Made by a program: the position numbers and the translations under genes
Shown here: positions 19,208-28,830 of the stretch, one piece after another
Layout: every line of letters begins with the position of its first letter
Position numbering within the stretch: position 1 is the stretch's first letter
Assembly: GCA_963715485.1 (NCBI GenBank)
Contig: OY970244.1
Coordinates: forward strand, 1,316,717 to 1,380,716
From: an uncultured Gammaproteobacteria bacterium
Lineage (GTDB): Bacteria > Pseudomonadota > Gammaproteobacteria > Steroidobacterales > Steroidobacteraceae
Direction of reading: 5' to 3'
DNA: 64,000 bases
The notes under the pieces: model-generated
Database searches by the model: none
The model's input: only the letters and a program-made list of their open reading frames with translations
Told to the model about the DNA's origin: nothing

Positions 19208-19370
19208 GGGGCTGGACGGGTGACATAACCGGCCTGGCCGGCCGGCTCAGCGGCCATTTCATTGCATCGCGGCTGTTACACTTGTGCGTTCCGCCTGTCT
19301 GGCTGCGAGCCGGCGGGCCGGGTTCGGGGTTCCTGGTTGCGCGCTGCGACCGGGACAATGGAGGGCAGAC

Positions 19371-20873
19371 GTGCCCGCACTGACGCCATACGAACAACTC
19401 GAACAGGAATTCCGCCGCCTGCATGCCTTCCAGGGCACGCTCGCGCTGCTGCGCTGGGATGCCGCGGTGACGATGCCGCGGGCCAGCGCTGACGTTCGTG
19501 GCGAGCAGCTGGCCGCCCTTCAGACCGAGTGCCATGCGCTCCTGACTTCGCCGCGGCTGACGCGGCTGCTCGAGCGGGCCGAGGCCAACCGGCAGGGGCA
19601 GCAGGACTGGCAGCTGGCCAACCTCCGCGAGATGCGGCGCCAGCGCGACCACGCCATTGCGACTCCCCCTTCGCTGGTCTCGCGTCTCGCAAGGGCGGTC
19701 GCCAAGGCGGAGGCGATGTGGCGCGAGGCGCGCGACAGGAATGATTTCTCGGTGCTTGCCCCGCATCTCGACGACGTGGTCAAGCTGACACGCAACAGGG
19801 CCGCCATGCTCGGGCAGCACCTGGGGCTCGACCCCTACGACGCGCTCGCCGACGAGTTCACTCCGGGACTGCGCTCCAGCGAGATCACCCGGATGTTCGC
19901 GACCCTGTCGCGCCGCCTGCCGACCCTGGTGGGCGAGGCGATCGACATTCAGCTCGGCCGCCCGGCGGTGACGATTGCCGGGCGGTTTTCTGCCGCGAAG
20001 CAACGTGGGCTGTGCGTCGAGGTCATGAAATCGCTGGGCTTTCCCTTTGATCGCGGGCGCTTTGACGAGGCGGAGAGGGCGCTCACCGAAGGTGTCCCGG
20101 GAGACATCCGGGTCACCGCCCAGCTCGATCCCCGCGATCCCTTCGCGGGCCTGCTGGGCGCGCTGCACGAGACCGGGCAGGCGCTCTACGACCTGGGGCT
20201 GCCGCCGGAATGGCGCGACCAGCCGGTAGGGCAGGACCGGGGCATGGCGCTGGAGGAGAGCCAGTCGCTGCTGCTGGAAATGATCGTGGGGCGCAGTCGC
20301 TCGTTCGTCACCTACCTCAAGCCGCTGCTGGAAAGACACTACGCCGTCAGTGGCCCGGAATGGTCGGAGGAGAATCTCTACCGGCGACTCAACACCGTTT
20401 CCCGCGGCCCGATCCGCATGGACGCGGATGAGCTGACCTATCAGGCGCACATCATCGTGCGCTACGAGCTGGAGCAGAGACTGTTGTCGGGCGAGTTGCC
20501 GGTTCGCGACCTCCCTGGCGCGTGGAACGAGCTGTTGGACAGGCGACTCGGCGTCTGTCCTGCCAGCGACAACGATGGCTGCCTGCAGGACGGCCACTGG
20601 GCGCTCGGCCAGTTCGGCTACTTTCCGTCCTACGGCATCGGCGCGGTGGTAGCCGCGCAGTTCTGGGAAAGCATCCACGAAGAAGTCCAGGGCGTGGAGC
20701 AACAGATGGCAGCGGGCGAGTTCTCCGGGCTGCTGGCATGGCTGCGGAACAACGTCCACGCTCTGGGTGCGAAGATGGAGGTTCCGGACCTGGTGAAGCA
20801 TGCGACCGGAAAGCCGCTGTCGGCGAGCGCGTACCTCAGGTACCTCGAGCGGAAATACCTGTCGGAGTCGTGA
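19371..20873 (+). CDS. M32 carboxypeptidase family homolog with degenerate active-site motifs
   Basis: IRMDADELTYQAHIIVRYELE and GCLQDGHWALGQFGYFPSYGIG match M32 signatures. HEXXH reads HETGQ, HESQ reads EESQ, and HPF reads RAL. The GTG at 19371 has a GGAGGG RBS. Confidence 0.85.
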   Translation: MPALTPYEQLEQEFRRLHAFQGTLALLRWDAAVTMPRASADVRGEQLAALQTECHALLTSPRLTRLLERAEANRQGQQDWQLANLREMRRQRDHAIATPPSLVSRLARAVAKAEAMWREARDRNDFSVLAPHLDDVVKLTRNRAAMLGQHLGLDPYDALADEFTPGLRSSEITRMFATLSRRLPTLVGEAIDIQLGRPAVTIAGRFSAAKQRGLCVEVMKSLGFPFDRGRFDEAERALTEGVPGDIRVTAQLDPRDPFAGLLGALHETGQALYDLGLPPEWRDQPVGQDRGMALEESQSLLLEMIVGRSRSFVTYLKPLLERHYAVSGPEWSEENLYRRLNTVSRGPIRMDADELTYQAHIIVRYELEQRLLSGELPVRDLPGAWNELLDRRLGVCPASDNDGCLQDGHWALGQFGYFPSYGIGAVVAAQFWESIHEEVQGVEQQMAAGEFSGLLAWLRNNVHALGAKMEVPDLVKHATGKPLSASAYLRYLERKYLSES

Positions 20874-20939
20874 TCCGTCCTGCGCAGGCGCGGTCTTTGT
20901 CCTAGAATTCGGCTCCCCGTTGCACGAGTCTGCGCCCCG

Positions 20940-21809
20940 ATGTCCGCCGTTCCCGTCATCCACTCCGGCAACTTCAAGCGCCTGCAGGCCCGATTGCGCG
21001 GCCTGGTGGGGAAAGCCATCGGCGACTTCGCCATGATCCAGGATGGCGATCGCGTCATGGTCTGCCTCTCCGGCGGCAAGGACTCCTACACGCTGCTTGA
21101 CATGTTGCTGTCGCTGCAGCGGGCGGCGCCGGTGCGATTCGATCTCGTCGCGGTCAACCTCGACCAGAAGCAGCCTGGCTTTCCCGCGCAGGTGTTGCCG
21201 GACTACCTTGCTGCGCTCGGCGTGCCCCTGCAGGTCATCGAGCAGGATACCTACAGCGTCGTCAGGCGAGTCGTGCCGCAGGGCAAGACGCAGTGCGGGC
21301 TGTGCAGCAGGCTGAGGCGCGGCGCGCTGTACCGCCACGCGCGCGAAAACGGATTCAACAAGATCGCGCTCGGGCATCACCGCGACGACATCGTGGAAAC
21401 GCTGTTCCTGAACATGTTCCATGGCGGACGGCTGAAGGCCATGCCGCCCAAGCTCAGGTCGGAGGATGGCGCCAATATCGTGATACGTCCGCTGTGCTAC
21501 GTGCCCGAGCGGGACATCGAGCGCTACGCGCGAGCCCGTGGCTTCCCGATCATTCCCTGCAGGCTCTGCGGATCGCAGCCCAATCTCCAGCGCAAGGCGA
21601 TCGCGCGAATGCTGGCCGGCTGGGATCGCGACCACCCGGGGCGGGTCGACTCGATATTCACCGCCGTCCGCAACATCAGCGTTTCGCACCTGGCCGATCC
21701 GGCGGCCTTCGACTTTGTGGCGCTGCGGGCGGAGGAGGAACCTGAACGCGGCGTTTCGCGGAGACCGCTTCCAGAGGGGGCTGCCCCCTCCCGAGACGGT
21801 GGCGCCTGA
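20940..21809 (+). CDS. ttcA: tRNA 2-thiocytidine(32) synthetase TtcA
   Basis: The PP-loop [26 protein letters not shown] and [15 protein letters not shown] are diagnostic of TtcA. Confidence 0.92.
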   Translation: MSAVPVIHSGNFKRLQARLRGLVGKAIGDFAMIQDGDRVMVCLSGGKDSYTLLDMLLSLQRAAPVRFDLVAVNLDQKQPGFPAQVLPDYLAALGVPLQVIEQDTYSVVRRVVPQGKTQCGLCSRLRRGALYRHARENGFNKIALGHHRDDIVETLFLNMFHGGRLKAMPPKLRSEDGANIVIRPLCYVPERDIERYARARGFPIIPCRLCGSQPNLQRKAIARMLAGWDRDHPGRVDSIFTAVRNISVSHLADPAAFDFVALRAEEEPERGVSRRPLPEGAAPSRDGGA

Positions 21810-21823
21810 TCAATCCGGACAAC

Positions 21824-23338
21824 ATGCCGAAGACAAGCGATTATCCACCGCCGCTAGAGAATACCTACTGGGTCGACCCGGGACGCCTGCTGGCGGGGGC
21901 GTATCCGGGCGCGGGCTCGGAACGGGCGGCAAGCGCGCGGATCCGCAAGCTGCTGGACGCCGGTGTGCGTTGCTTCGTGGATCTGACGGCGGTCGGTGAG
22001 CTGGAACCCTACGAAAGGTGGCTGCCTGGCCCCTATGGTCGCGACTCGGTCGCGTATGTGCGCAAGCCTATCCGCGACCACTCGCTACCCGAGCGGCCCG
22101 AGCACACCATCGAAATCCTCGATGAGATCGACGCAGCTCTGGCGGAGGGACGGGTTGTCTACCTGCACTGCCGTGCAGGTATCGGCCGCACCAACCTGGT
22201 GGCAGGCTGCTGGCTGGCACGGCACGGACACGCCGGCGAAGCAGCGCTGAGTCGGCTCAACCAGTTGTGGCAGGCCTGTAGCCGATCGGCCACCTGGCCG
22301 AGCATCCCGGAGACCTCGGCCCAGGTCGAGTACGTGCGGGGCTGGAGCGAGCGCGGCGCTATGGCTCCCACGCCGGCGGTCAACGTCAAGTCAGCCCTGA
22401 CGCTCAAGGATCGCTACCGTGGCCTGCTGCTTGGCCTGGCGACGGGGGACGCTTGCGGGCAGCCGGCGGCGCACCGCCGCCCGGGATCGTTCACGCCACT
22501 TGGGGACCTGCTCGGAGGCGGGCCGTTCGACGTCCCCCGCGGCGCCTGGACTGACAAGACCGCAATGGCGCTGTGCCTGGCGGAGAGCATGGTCACGACA
22601 GACCGTTCCGACGCGGGCGACCAGGTTGCCCGCTACCTGCGGTGGCAGCGTGAAGGTCACCTTACGAGCACCGGGCAGTGCATCGGGATCAGCGCCACGA
22701 CTGCCCGCGCACTGGCGCAGGCGCAATGGACCAGAAATCCGTTGGCTGGTTCGCACGATCCTGCCAAGGCCGAAAAGGAACCGCTTGCACGAGTCGGTCC
22801 GGCTGTCGCGCTGTTGCTTGCGGATCCGGAGGAAGCGATCGAAGCGGCGGTAGATGCCACGCGAGTCACGCACCAGGCGCCGGTGACACTCGATGCAGTC
22901 CGGTATTTTGCCGGGTTGCTGGTCGGAGCCCTGCAGGGCGCATCGAGCGTGGAGCTGCTGCGGCCTTACTTCAGCCCGGTCGAAGGCTACTGGGACAGGC
23001 ACCGGCTCAAGCCTGCGGTGGAGGCGGTGGCGCGGGGAGCATGGGTCGAGAAGACGCCACCACGGATCTACGGGGGCGGACAGGCGCCACAGGCCCTTGA
23101 GGCTGCGCTCTGGGCGTTCAACCGCGGTCACTCGTTCCGAGACATGGTCCTCGCCGCGGTCAACCTCGGCGGTGACGCCGATACCACCGGCGCAATGGTC
23201 GGGCAGCTGGCCGGCGCCTATTACGGATTGCCGGGCATCCCCTCGACCTGGCGCTCTTCGGTCATCCTCGCGCCAACGATCGCCGACATGGCCGACCAGT
23301 TGCTTGAGCGCGCGCTGCGACGCCTTGCGGGTGGCTAG
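21824..23338 (+). CDS. fusion protein: dual-specificity/tyrosine phosphatase-like domain (CX5R) plus ADP-ribosylglycohydrolase domain
   Basis: The N-terminal half carries HCRAGIGRT. The C-terminal half carries RYRGLLLGLATGDACGQP and NLGGDADTTGAMVGQLAGAYYG, which are ARH/DraG family motifs. Confidence 0.8.
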   Translation: MPKTSDYPPPLENTYWVDPGRLLAGAYPGAGSERAASARIRKLLDAGVRCFVDLTAVGELEPYERWLPGPYGRDSVAYVRKPIRDHSLPERPEHTIEILDEIDAALAEGRVVYLHCRAGIGRTNLVAGCWLARHGHAGEAALSRLNQLWQACSRSATWPSIPETSAQVEYVRGWSERGAMAPTPAVNVKSALTLKDRYRGLLLGLATGDACGQPAAHRRPGSFTPLGDLLGGGPFDVPRGAWTDKTAMALCLAESMVTTDRSDAGDQVARYLRWQREGHLTSTGQCIGISATTARALAQAQWTRNPLAGSHDPAKAEKEPLARVGPAVALLLADPEEAIEAAVDATRVTHQAPVTLDAVRYFAGLLVGALQGASSVELLRPYFSPVEGYWDRHRLKPAVEAVARGAWVEKTPPRIYGGGQAPQALEAALWAFNRGHSFRDMVLAAVNLGGDADTTGAMVGQLAGAYYGLPGIPSTWRSSVILAPTIADMADQLLERALRRLAGG

Positions 23339-23387
23339 GGCTACGTCGCCGGGCGCAAGGCGGTCGGGCCGGCTAAGCTATGCTGCG

Positions 23388-24446
23388 ATGGGCTCTGCAA
23401 AGAAAAAGCCGAAACGCAGTGGCAAGGCTCGCGGCAAGCCCGCGTGGGCGAAGCTGGACGACGAGGAGCTGCTTGATCTCCGGCTGTGTGACCTGGGTCT
23501 GAGGATCGAGGGCTCGCTGGTTGAACGGCCGTTGCTCAAGCTGTTTTCAGAACTGGAGCGACGCGGAGTCGGTTTCCGTCCCCATTACTGGATCGCCCAG
23601 GAGTGGTTTTCGCCTGACGGCGTGCCGGGGATCGCCATCCCTTTCTATCTGCTGCACCCGCGGCTCAAGAGCCTGGAGCGGCGCTTGATGGGGGAGGTCG
23701 AGGGAGGCAATGCCGATTCCCTGATGAAGATACTGCGGCACGAAGCCGGCCACGCGGTTGACACTGCCTATCGTCTGCGCCGCCGCAAGGCGTGGCGCGA
23801 GATCTTTGGACCGGCGTCCAGGCGCTACCCCCGCCACTACCGGCCGCGGCCCGGCAGCAAGCGCTTCGTGCAGCACCTTGACAGCTGGTATGCGCAGAGC
23901 CATCCGACCGAGGACTTCGCCGAGACCTTTGCGGTCTGGCTGAAGCCCGGCTCGACCTGGCGTCGCCAGTACGAGGGCTGGCCCGCGCGGCGCAAGCTGG
24001 AGTACGTCGCGCGCACCATGGAAGAACTACGCGGCCAGCGGCCGCGGGTCAGGTCGCGACATCACGTCGAGCCGATCCGGATTGCGCGCCGGACCTTGCG
24101 CCAGCATTACGCCGTCATGGTCCGGCATTACCGGAGCGACGACGCGGAAAAGATTGACAAGATCCTGCAGCGGGTCTTCACCAACCGGCGCCAGCGCGCC
24201 CAGCAAATGCGCGCCAGTACATTCCTGCGCGAAAACGGGCCGACGTTGCGCCGGCGCATCGCGCGCCGTCTGGATGCCAGCGAATACCTGGTGCAGGAGC
24301 TACTCGACCACCTTATCGGTCGCTCGCGCAGCCTGCGGCTGCTGGTCCGCGGCGAGAAGCGCAAGGCAGTGCGCCGGGTCGAGCGACTGCTGGTGGTATT
24401 GGCGCGCAAGTCTCAGAAGGGTGTCGGCCCCTGGATAGCATTATGA
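23388..24446 (+). CDS. putative zinc-binding metallopeptidase-like protein (HEXXH)
   Basis: Polybasic N-terminus (GSAKKKPKRSGKARGKP), a HEAGHAVD motif, and SHPTEDFAETFAVWL downstream. Its stop overlaps the next start (ATGA). Confidence 0.7.
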   Translation: MGSAKKKPKRSGKARGKPAWAKLDDEELLDLRLCDLGLRIEGSLVERPLLKLFSELERRGVGFRPHYWIAQEWFSPDGVPGIAIPFYLLHPRLKSLERRLMGEVEGGNADSLMKILRHEAGHAVDTAYRLRRRKAWREIFGPASRRYPRHYRPRPGSKRFVQHLDSWYAQSHPTEDFAETFAVWLKPGSTWRRQYEGWPARRKLEYVARTMEELRGQRPRVRSRHHVEPIRIARRTLRQHYAVMVRHYRSDDAEKIDKILQRVFTNRRQRAQQMRASTFLRENGPTLRRRIARRLDASEYLVQELLDHLIGRSRSLRLLVRGEKRKAVRRVERLLVVLARKSQKGVGPWIAL

Positions 24447-25468
24447 AGAAACTACGCATACTGGTCCTGGTGCACGAAACCCTGGTACCGCCCGACAACA
24501 TCGATCATCTCACGGACCAGGAGGCGGACGAATTCCGGACGGAATTCGATGTCATCACCACGCTGCGGGAACTCGGTCACGATGTGCGGCCACTCGGCAT
24601 CGGCGACAGCCTGACCGAACTACGCATGCAGATCACCGACTGGATGCCGGACATCTGTTTCAACCTGCTGGAGGAGTTTGGCGGAATCGTTACCTACGAC
24701 CAGCACGTCGTGGCCTATCTCGAGCTGATGCGCCAGCCCTACACCGGCTGCAATCCGCGCGGGATGATGCTGTCCCGGGACAAGGTCCTGTCGAAGCAGA
24801 TCCTCGCCTATCACCGCATTCCGACCCCGCAATTCGCTCTCTTCAGGCGCGGTCGCAAGCCGCGCATTCCACGGCGGTTACGCTACCCGCTGTTCGTTAA
24901 GTCGGCGACCGAGGACGCGTCGCTGGGAATCGCGCAGGCGTCGGTCGTGGAGGATGCAGTCCGGCTGCGGGAGCGTATCGAGTTCATCCATGAGCAGACC
25001 AGCACCGATGCACTGGTGGAGGAATTCATTGACGGGCGCGAGATCTATCTCGGCATCATCGGCAACGAGCGGCTGACCACGCTGGCGCCATGGGAGCTGT
25101 CGTTCGGGACGCTTGGCGAGTCGGCCATCGGCATCGCGACGCGCAAGGTGAAGTGGGACCGCGCCTACCAGGAAAAACACGACATAGTGACCGATCCGGC
25201 GAGGAATCTGCCGCAGGGCGTCCCGGCCCTGCTCGATCGCCTGGCGCGGCGCATCTACCGCGCGCTGCACATGTCCGGCTACGCCCGCATGGACTTCCGC
25301 ATGCGTGACGACGGATCGCTCTTCGTGCTCGAAGCAAATGCCAACCCCAATATCGAGCAGTACGAGGATTTCGGTCGTGCCGCCGAGCACGCAGGGATCC
25401 CTTACGAACGCCTGCTGGAGCGGTTGATATCGCTGGGGATTGCCTACCAGGCGGAGTGGCGCGACTGA
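24443..25468 (+). CDS. ATP-grasp enzyme, D-alanine--D-alanine ligase family
   Basis: LSRDKVLSKQIL..PLFVKSATEDASLGI..VEEFIDGREIY..RMDFRMRDDGSLFVLEANANPN is typical ATP-grasp. Confidence 0.85.
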   Translation: MKKLRILVLVHETLVPPDNIDHLTDQEADEFRTEFDVITTLRELGHDVRPLGIGDSLTELRMQITDWMPDICFNLLEEFGGIVTYDQHVVAYLELMRQPYTGCNPRGMMLSRDKVLSKQILAYHRIPTPQFALFRRGRKPRIPRRLRYPLFVKSATEDASLGIAQASVVEDAVRLRERIEFIHEQTSTDALVEEFIDGREIYLGIIGNERLTTLAPWELSFGTLGESAIGIATRKVKWDRAYQEKHDIVTDPARNLPQGVPALLDRLARRIYRALHMSGYARMDFRMRDDGSLFVLEANANPNIEQYEDFGRAAEHAGIPYERLLERLISLGIAYQAEWRD

Positions 25469-25558
25469 CCGACGGGAGGGTTTGGTTGAATAGAGCGGTA
25501 ACACGGCCGGGGCAGGAACGTCGCTGTTCCGGAATTCGTGTGAGTGGGCTGTTTCCGT

Positions 25559-27562
25559 TCAGCTATCGAACACGAACACACGAATCAATACGTCGCTGAT
25601 GCCGATGATGGCCGCGCCGGCGATCAGGCCTGCGCAGATCGGCTCCTGGGTATCCACCCAGAGCTTCCAGCCGGTCGACTCCTGACGCTCGGCGTAGCGC
25701 CGCTCCATGAACCAGAAGAACAGCGCGCCGCAGAACATCATCAAGGTCGACTCGGGCGGCACCAGCACGCCCAGGCCAATCGCCAGTGGCGACAGGGGAA
25801 ACCTGCCCCTGGATCGTATCCTGGCGATCTCCATGACCAGTCCGGCCACGCCGGCGATTCCCATCGACCACAGGATGGATGGGGTCAGCAGCGTCCCGGC
25901 GCCGTCGCCGAAGACGGCCGTGACGAGATCCGAGACCCCCTTCCATTGCAGGGCCGCGGGAAACGTGAACTGGTCGGTGACCATGGTGTCCTGGATCGAT
26001 CGACCGCTGGCGGGGTCGTAGTCCCACAGTCCGAACAGCACGAAGAACAGCGGCGTCGCGGCCAGCGCGCCGGAGACAATGCCGATGACGTGGCCGATCG
26101 CCTGCTGTCGCGGCTTCGCGCCAAGCATGTAGCCGGGCTTGATGTCCATGAGCAGGTTCGAAGCGTTTCCCGCGACTTCGGAACAGATGATTGCTGTCAT
26201 CAGGTTGGTCGGCGGATGGCGCGGATCGGCCGCACCGAACAGGAACTGCGGGATCTTTGACAGCGAGCCGGTCGGGGTAATCGAAGTCATCGCTGTGCTG
26301 CTGGCCGCCACCAGGGCCAGCACGATGATGAGCGGGATGGCCAGCGCGCCTAGCAACCAGTCGACGCCAAACCAGGCGTGCGTCATCCACACGGCCAGCG
26401 CGCCAACCAGCGGCACGCCGCTGTAGGACACCCACAGCGGCAGTTCGATGGCATGCAGGACGTCGGCGCCAGGCTCGGGGCGCTGGGAGCGGCGCAGCAT
26501 CTTGATAGCCTGGGCGAAGACCTCGGGCCGGGCGAATAGCGAAGCCATCGCCGCGACCAGCATGATTACCAGGCCCCACCAGAGGGCCCAGTTATTGAGA
26601 ATCCAGGCGCGACCGAATATCGCGGTGCCGGCCTCGATGGAGCCGGCGCGCGGCGCCAATTCGCCGGTCGCGATCATCCACGGCACGATAATCGCGAAAT
26701 TGGCGATCATTCCCACCATCAGGCTGACTGCGGTGCGGATTCCCATGAGTCCCCCGGCGCCTACCATGGCAAGGTCGATCGCCGGTGACAGTGCGAGCTG
26801 CCGGATATCGACTCCTGCGAGGCGTGGCAGCGGTGCGCTTCCTTTCTCGACGAGCGCGTAGTACCAGCTGTCCAGGCTTGCGGGCAACACCCAGACCGCC
26901 TTGAGTCCGAGCCAGCGTTCCTGCACCAGGCGCATGATGTTCTCGCCGGTGATCAACGTCATGCCCCCGGCGAAGGTGGCCGCAAGGCCGAGGGCACGTG
27001 CCTTGAACATCCCGGAGGCCGCTTGTGCGGACGTGTAGAGCGTGTCGAGCACCACGCCGCAGGCGCGGCCCTCGGGGAAGGGATGCTGCTCCTCGTTGAT
27101 GAAGCGACGTTTCATTGGAAACGCCACCAGCACGCCCAGGAGCGAGATCACCACGGTGAGGGCGACGATCTGCCACCAGGGAACCAGCTGGTTCTGTACC
27201 CACATGAAGGCGGCAAGCCCGGCGACCAGCGGGGAGGTCATGTACCCGGCGGCCGTTGCAATGGACTGAACGCAGTTGTTCTCGAGAATGGTCATGTCGC
27301 GCGTGCCGAGTTTCGACAGCGTGCGGTGGACGGCGAAGGCGAGGATGACGGAGGTCAGCCCGACACCCAGTGTCCAGCCGGTCTTTGCGCCGACGTAGAG
27401 GTTGGTCGCGCTGAGTAGCCCGCCCAGCAGGAAACCCGTGAGCGCCGACCGCAAGGTCAGCTGCGGCATGTCGCCGCGCCAGACGTTGGCCAGCCACCAG
27501 CGATCCTTCTGCTCGCGGGTCCAGGTGCGGACCTGCTCTTCGCTCAGTTGCCTTATCGGCAT
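25559..27562 (-). CDS. OPT family oligopeptide transporter
   Basis: MPIRQLSEEQVRTWTREQKDRWWLANVWRGDMPQLTLRSALTGFLLGGLLSATNLYVGAKTGW is followed by many TM segments. A GGGAGAA RBS precedes the ATG at 27562. The track ORF start at 27739 is an extension. Confidence 0.88.
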   Translation of the reverse strand: MPIRQLSEEQVRTWTREQKDRWWLANVWRGDMPQLTLRSALTGFLLGGLLSATNLYVGAKTGWTLGVGLTSVILAFAVHRTLSKLGTRDMTILENNCVQSIATAAGYMTSPLVAGLAAFMWVQNQLVPWWQIVALTVVISLLGVLVAFPMKRRFINEEQHPFPEGRACGVVLDTLYTSAQAASGMFKARALGLAATFAGGMTLITGENIMRLVQERWLGLKAVWVLPASLDSWYYALVEKGSAPLPRLAGVDIRQLALSPAIDLAMVGAGGLMGIRTAVSLMVGMIANFAIIVPWMIATGELAPRAGSIEAGTAIFGRAWILNNWALWWGLVIMLVAAMASLFARPEVFAQAIKMLRRSQRPEPGADVLHAIELPLWVSYSGVPLVGALAVWMTHAWFGVDWLLGALAIPLIIVLALVAASSTAMTSITPTGSLSKIPQFLFGAADPRHPPTNLMTAIICSEVAGNASNLLMDIKPGYMLGAKPRQQAIGHVIGIVSGALAATPLFFVLFGLWDYDPASGRSIQDTMVTDQFTFPAALQWKGVSDLVTAVFGDGAGTLLTPSILWSMGIAGVAGLVMEIARIRSRGRFPLSPLAIGLGVLVPPESTLMMFCGALFFWFMERRYAERQESTGWKLWVDTQEPICAGLIAGAAIIGISDVLIRVFVFDS

Positions 27563-27623
27563 GCCATTCTCCCGGCCCCGGCTGTTGATCCCGGCTTCAT
27601 GTTCCTGGGCAGGGTGCGATCTA

Positions 27624-28808
27624 TCAGCGCCGTGGCCGCACGAGGCCCAAAACCGCAGTGTAGCCGTGCAGGAAAGTCGCTCCCTGCACCGGCCCGATTT
27701 CGCCAGCGCAGAACATTCCGCCGAGTGGCGCGTCGCCAAAGGCGCGCCGGAACATTCCGGAGTCGCGTCCCGGCACGCCGTAGAGTGAGACGCCTCTCCC
27801 GATGCAGGCGAACATCAGGGCCGCCGAAGGCTCGGCCGGATCGATGCTGCGGTGCCGCGCCAGCTCACGCTCGAGGTCGGCCGCGGACGCCTCGGCATCG
27901 CGAAGGTGAAACTGGACGATGGTGTTGGCGGAGGCCTGCGCGCCGATGACAAGGTCTCCCGATTCCGAGTCGAGTCCGACGACCTCGCGCACCAGGAAGT
28001 CGCCGGCGCCTATCGACTGGCGGGGTCCGGGCAGGGCAAGGCCGATGAACAGCTGCCGGGCATTGAACAGGTCCCGGTCGGCGGGACCGAGCGAGGAGAA
28101 GACCTCGCCGAGCACCTCGCGCGGCGCCTTGCCGTCGAGTTCGTGGATACGGTTACCGTCGCTGGAGGTCACGAACAGCGGGTCGCCGACGGGTCGGCAG
28201 CCCTGGGACACGATACCCTCCAGGCGGACGTTGCCAGTCCATGCCAGCAGCAGGGCTCCGGCCCGGTGTATATCGTGGTCAGCGAGCAGGCAGGCCTGGC
28301 CAGGCTGTGACGCGGCGCTGGTCAGGCCGCCGATCACGGTCGAGCCGGGATAGGCGCGATCGAGTCCGCGGATGCAATGCTCGATGTCGAAGGAATAGGG
28401 GTCAGCGAAGATGGTGAACGATGGCTCGTCCTCGGGACGGATGCCGAGAAGCCGCCACCAGGCGTCGCGGGACGCGGTCAGGGCCGGCAGCGACGCCTGG
28501 TCTACGTGAACGGCAGTGAGCTCTACGTCCGTCAGCAGCGCTGCCATCAGCGATAACGCGGGGCCCTCCTCATACTCGCGGCCGTGACCAGCGACGCCGC
28601 TGCAGCTGCAACCAACCAGCATTCCATCGCCTAGCCACGGATGCAGCAACGCAGGCAGGCGCTCGAGATCGCGCGAGTCATGGCCCGCCGCGAACGCGAA
28701 CACCAGATCGGGCTCCACCTGGCCGAGCGCGTCGCGAAGCTGGGCCACGGCCTCATCGACGGCCGGACCGAGTTCATGCTCAGCGGACAGCGCGCTGGCC
28801 CACTTCAC
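27624..28808 (-). CDS. FIST N/C domain-containing sensor protein
   Basis: A 394-aa protein with the FIST pattern (..DLVFAFAAGHD.., ..LMFACIGRG..LYG..D..FCAGEIGP). Confidence 0.85.
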   Translation of the reverse strand: MKWASALSAEHELGPAVDEAVAQLRDALGQVEPDLVFAFAAGHDSRDLERLPALLHPWLGDGMLVGCSCSGVAGHGREYEEGPALSLMAALLTDVELTAVHVDQASLPALTASRDAWWRLLGIRPEDEPSFTIFADPYSFDIEHCIRGLDRAYPGSTVIGGLTSAASQPGQACLLADHDIHRAGALLLAWTGNVRLEGIVSQGCRPVGDPLFVTSSDGNRIHELDGKAPREVLGEVFSSLGPADRDLFNARQLFIGLALPGPRQSIGAGDFLVREVVGLDSESGDLVIGAQASANTIVQFHLRDAEASAADLERELARHRSIDPAEPSAALMFACIGRGVSLYGVPGRDSGMFRRAFGDAPLGGMFCAGEIGPVQGATFLHGYTAVLGLVRPRR

Positions 28809-28830
28809 GGTTGCTTCGTCCGCGGAGGCA

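Noticed and set aside
18783-21689. A 968-aa minus-strand ORF, the longest in the track after the RND pump.
   Set aside because: It lies antisense to three well-supported plus-strand genes (RND 3' end, M32 homolog, ttcA). Its translation is Arg/Pro/Gly/Ala-rich with no recognisable motif, which is typical of a shadow ORF in high-GC DNA.
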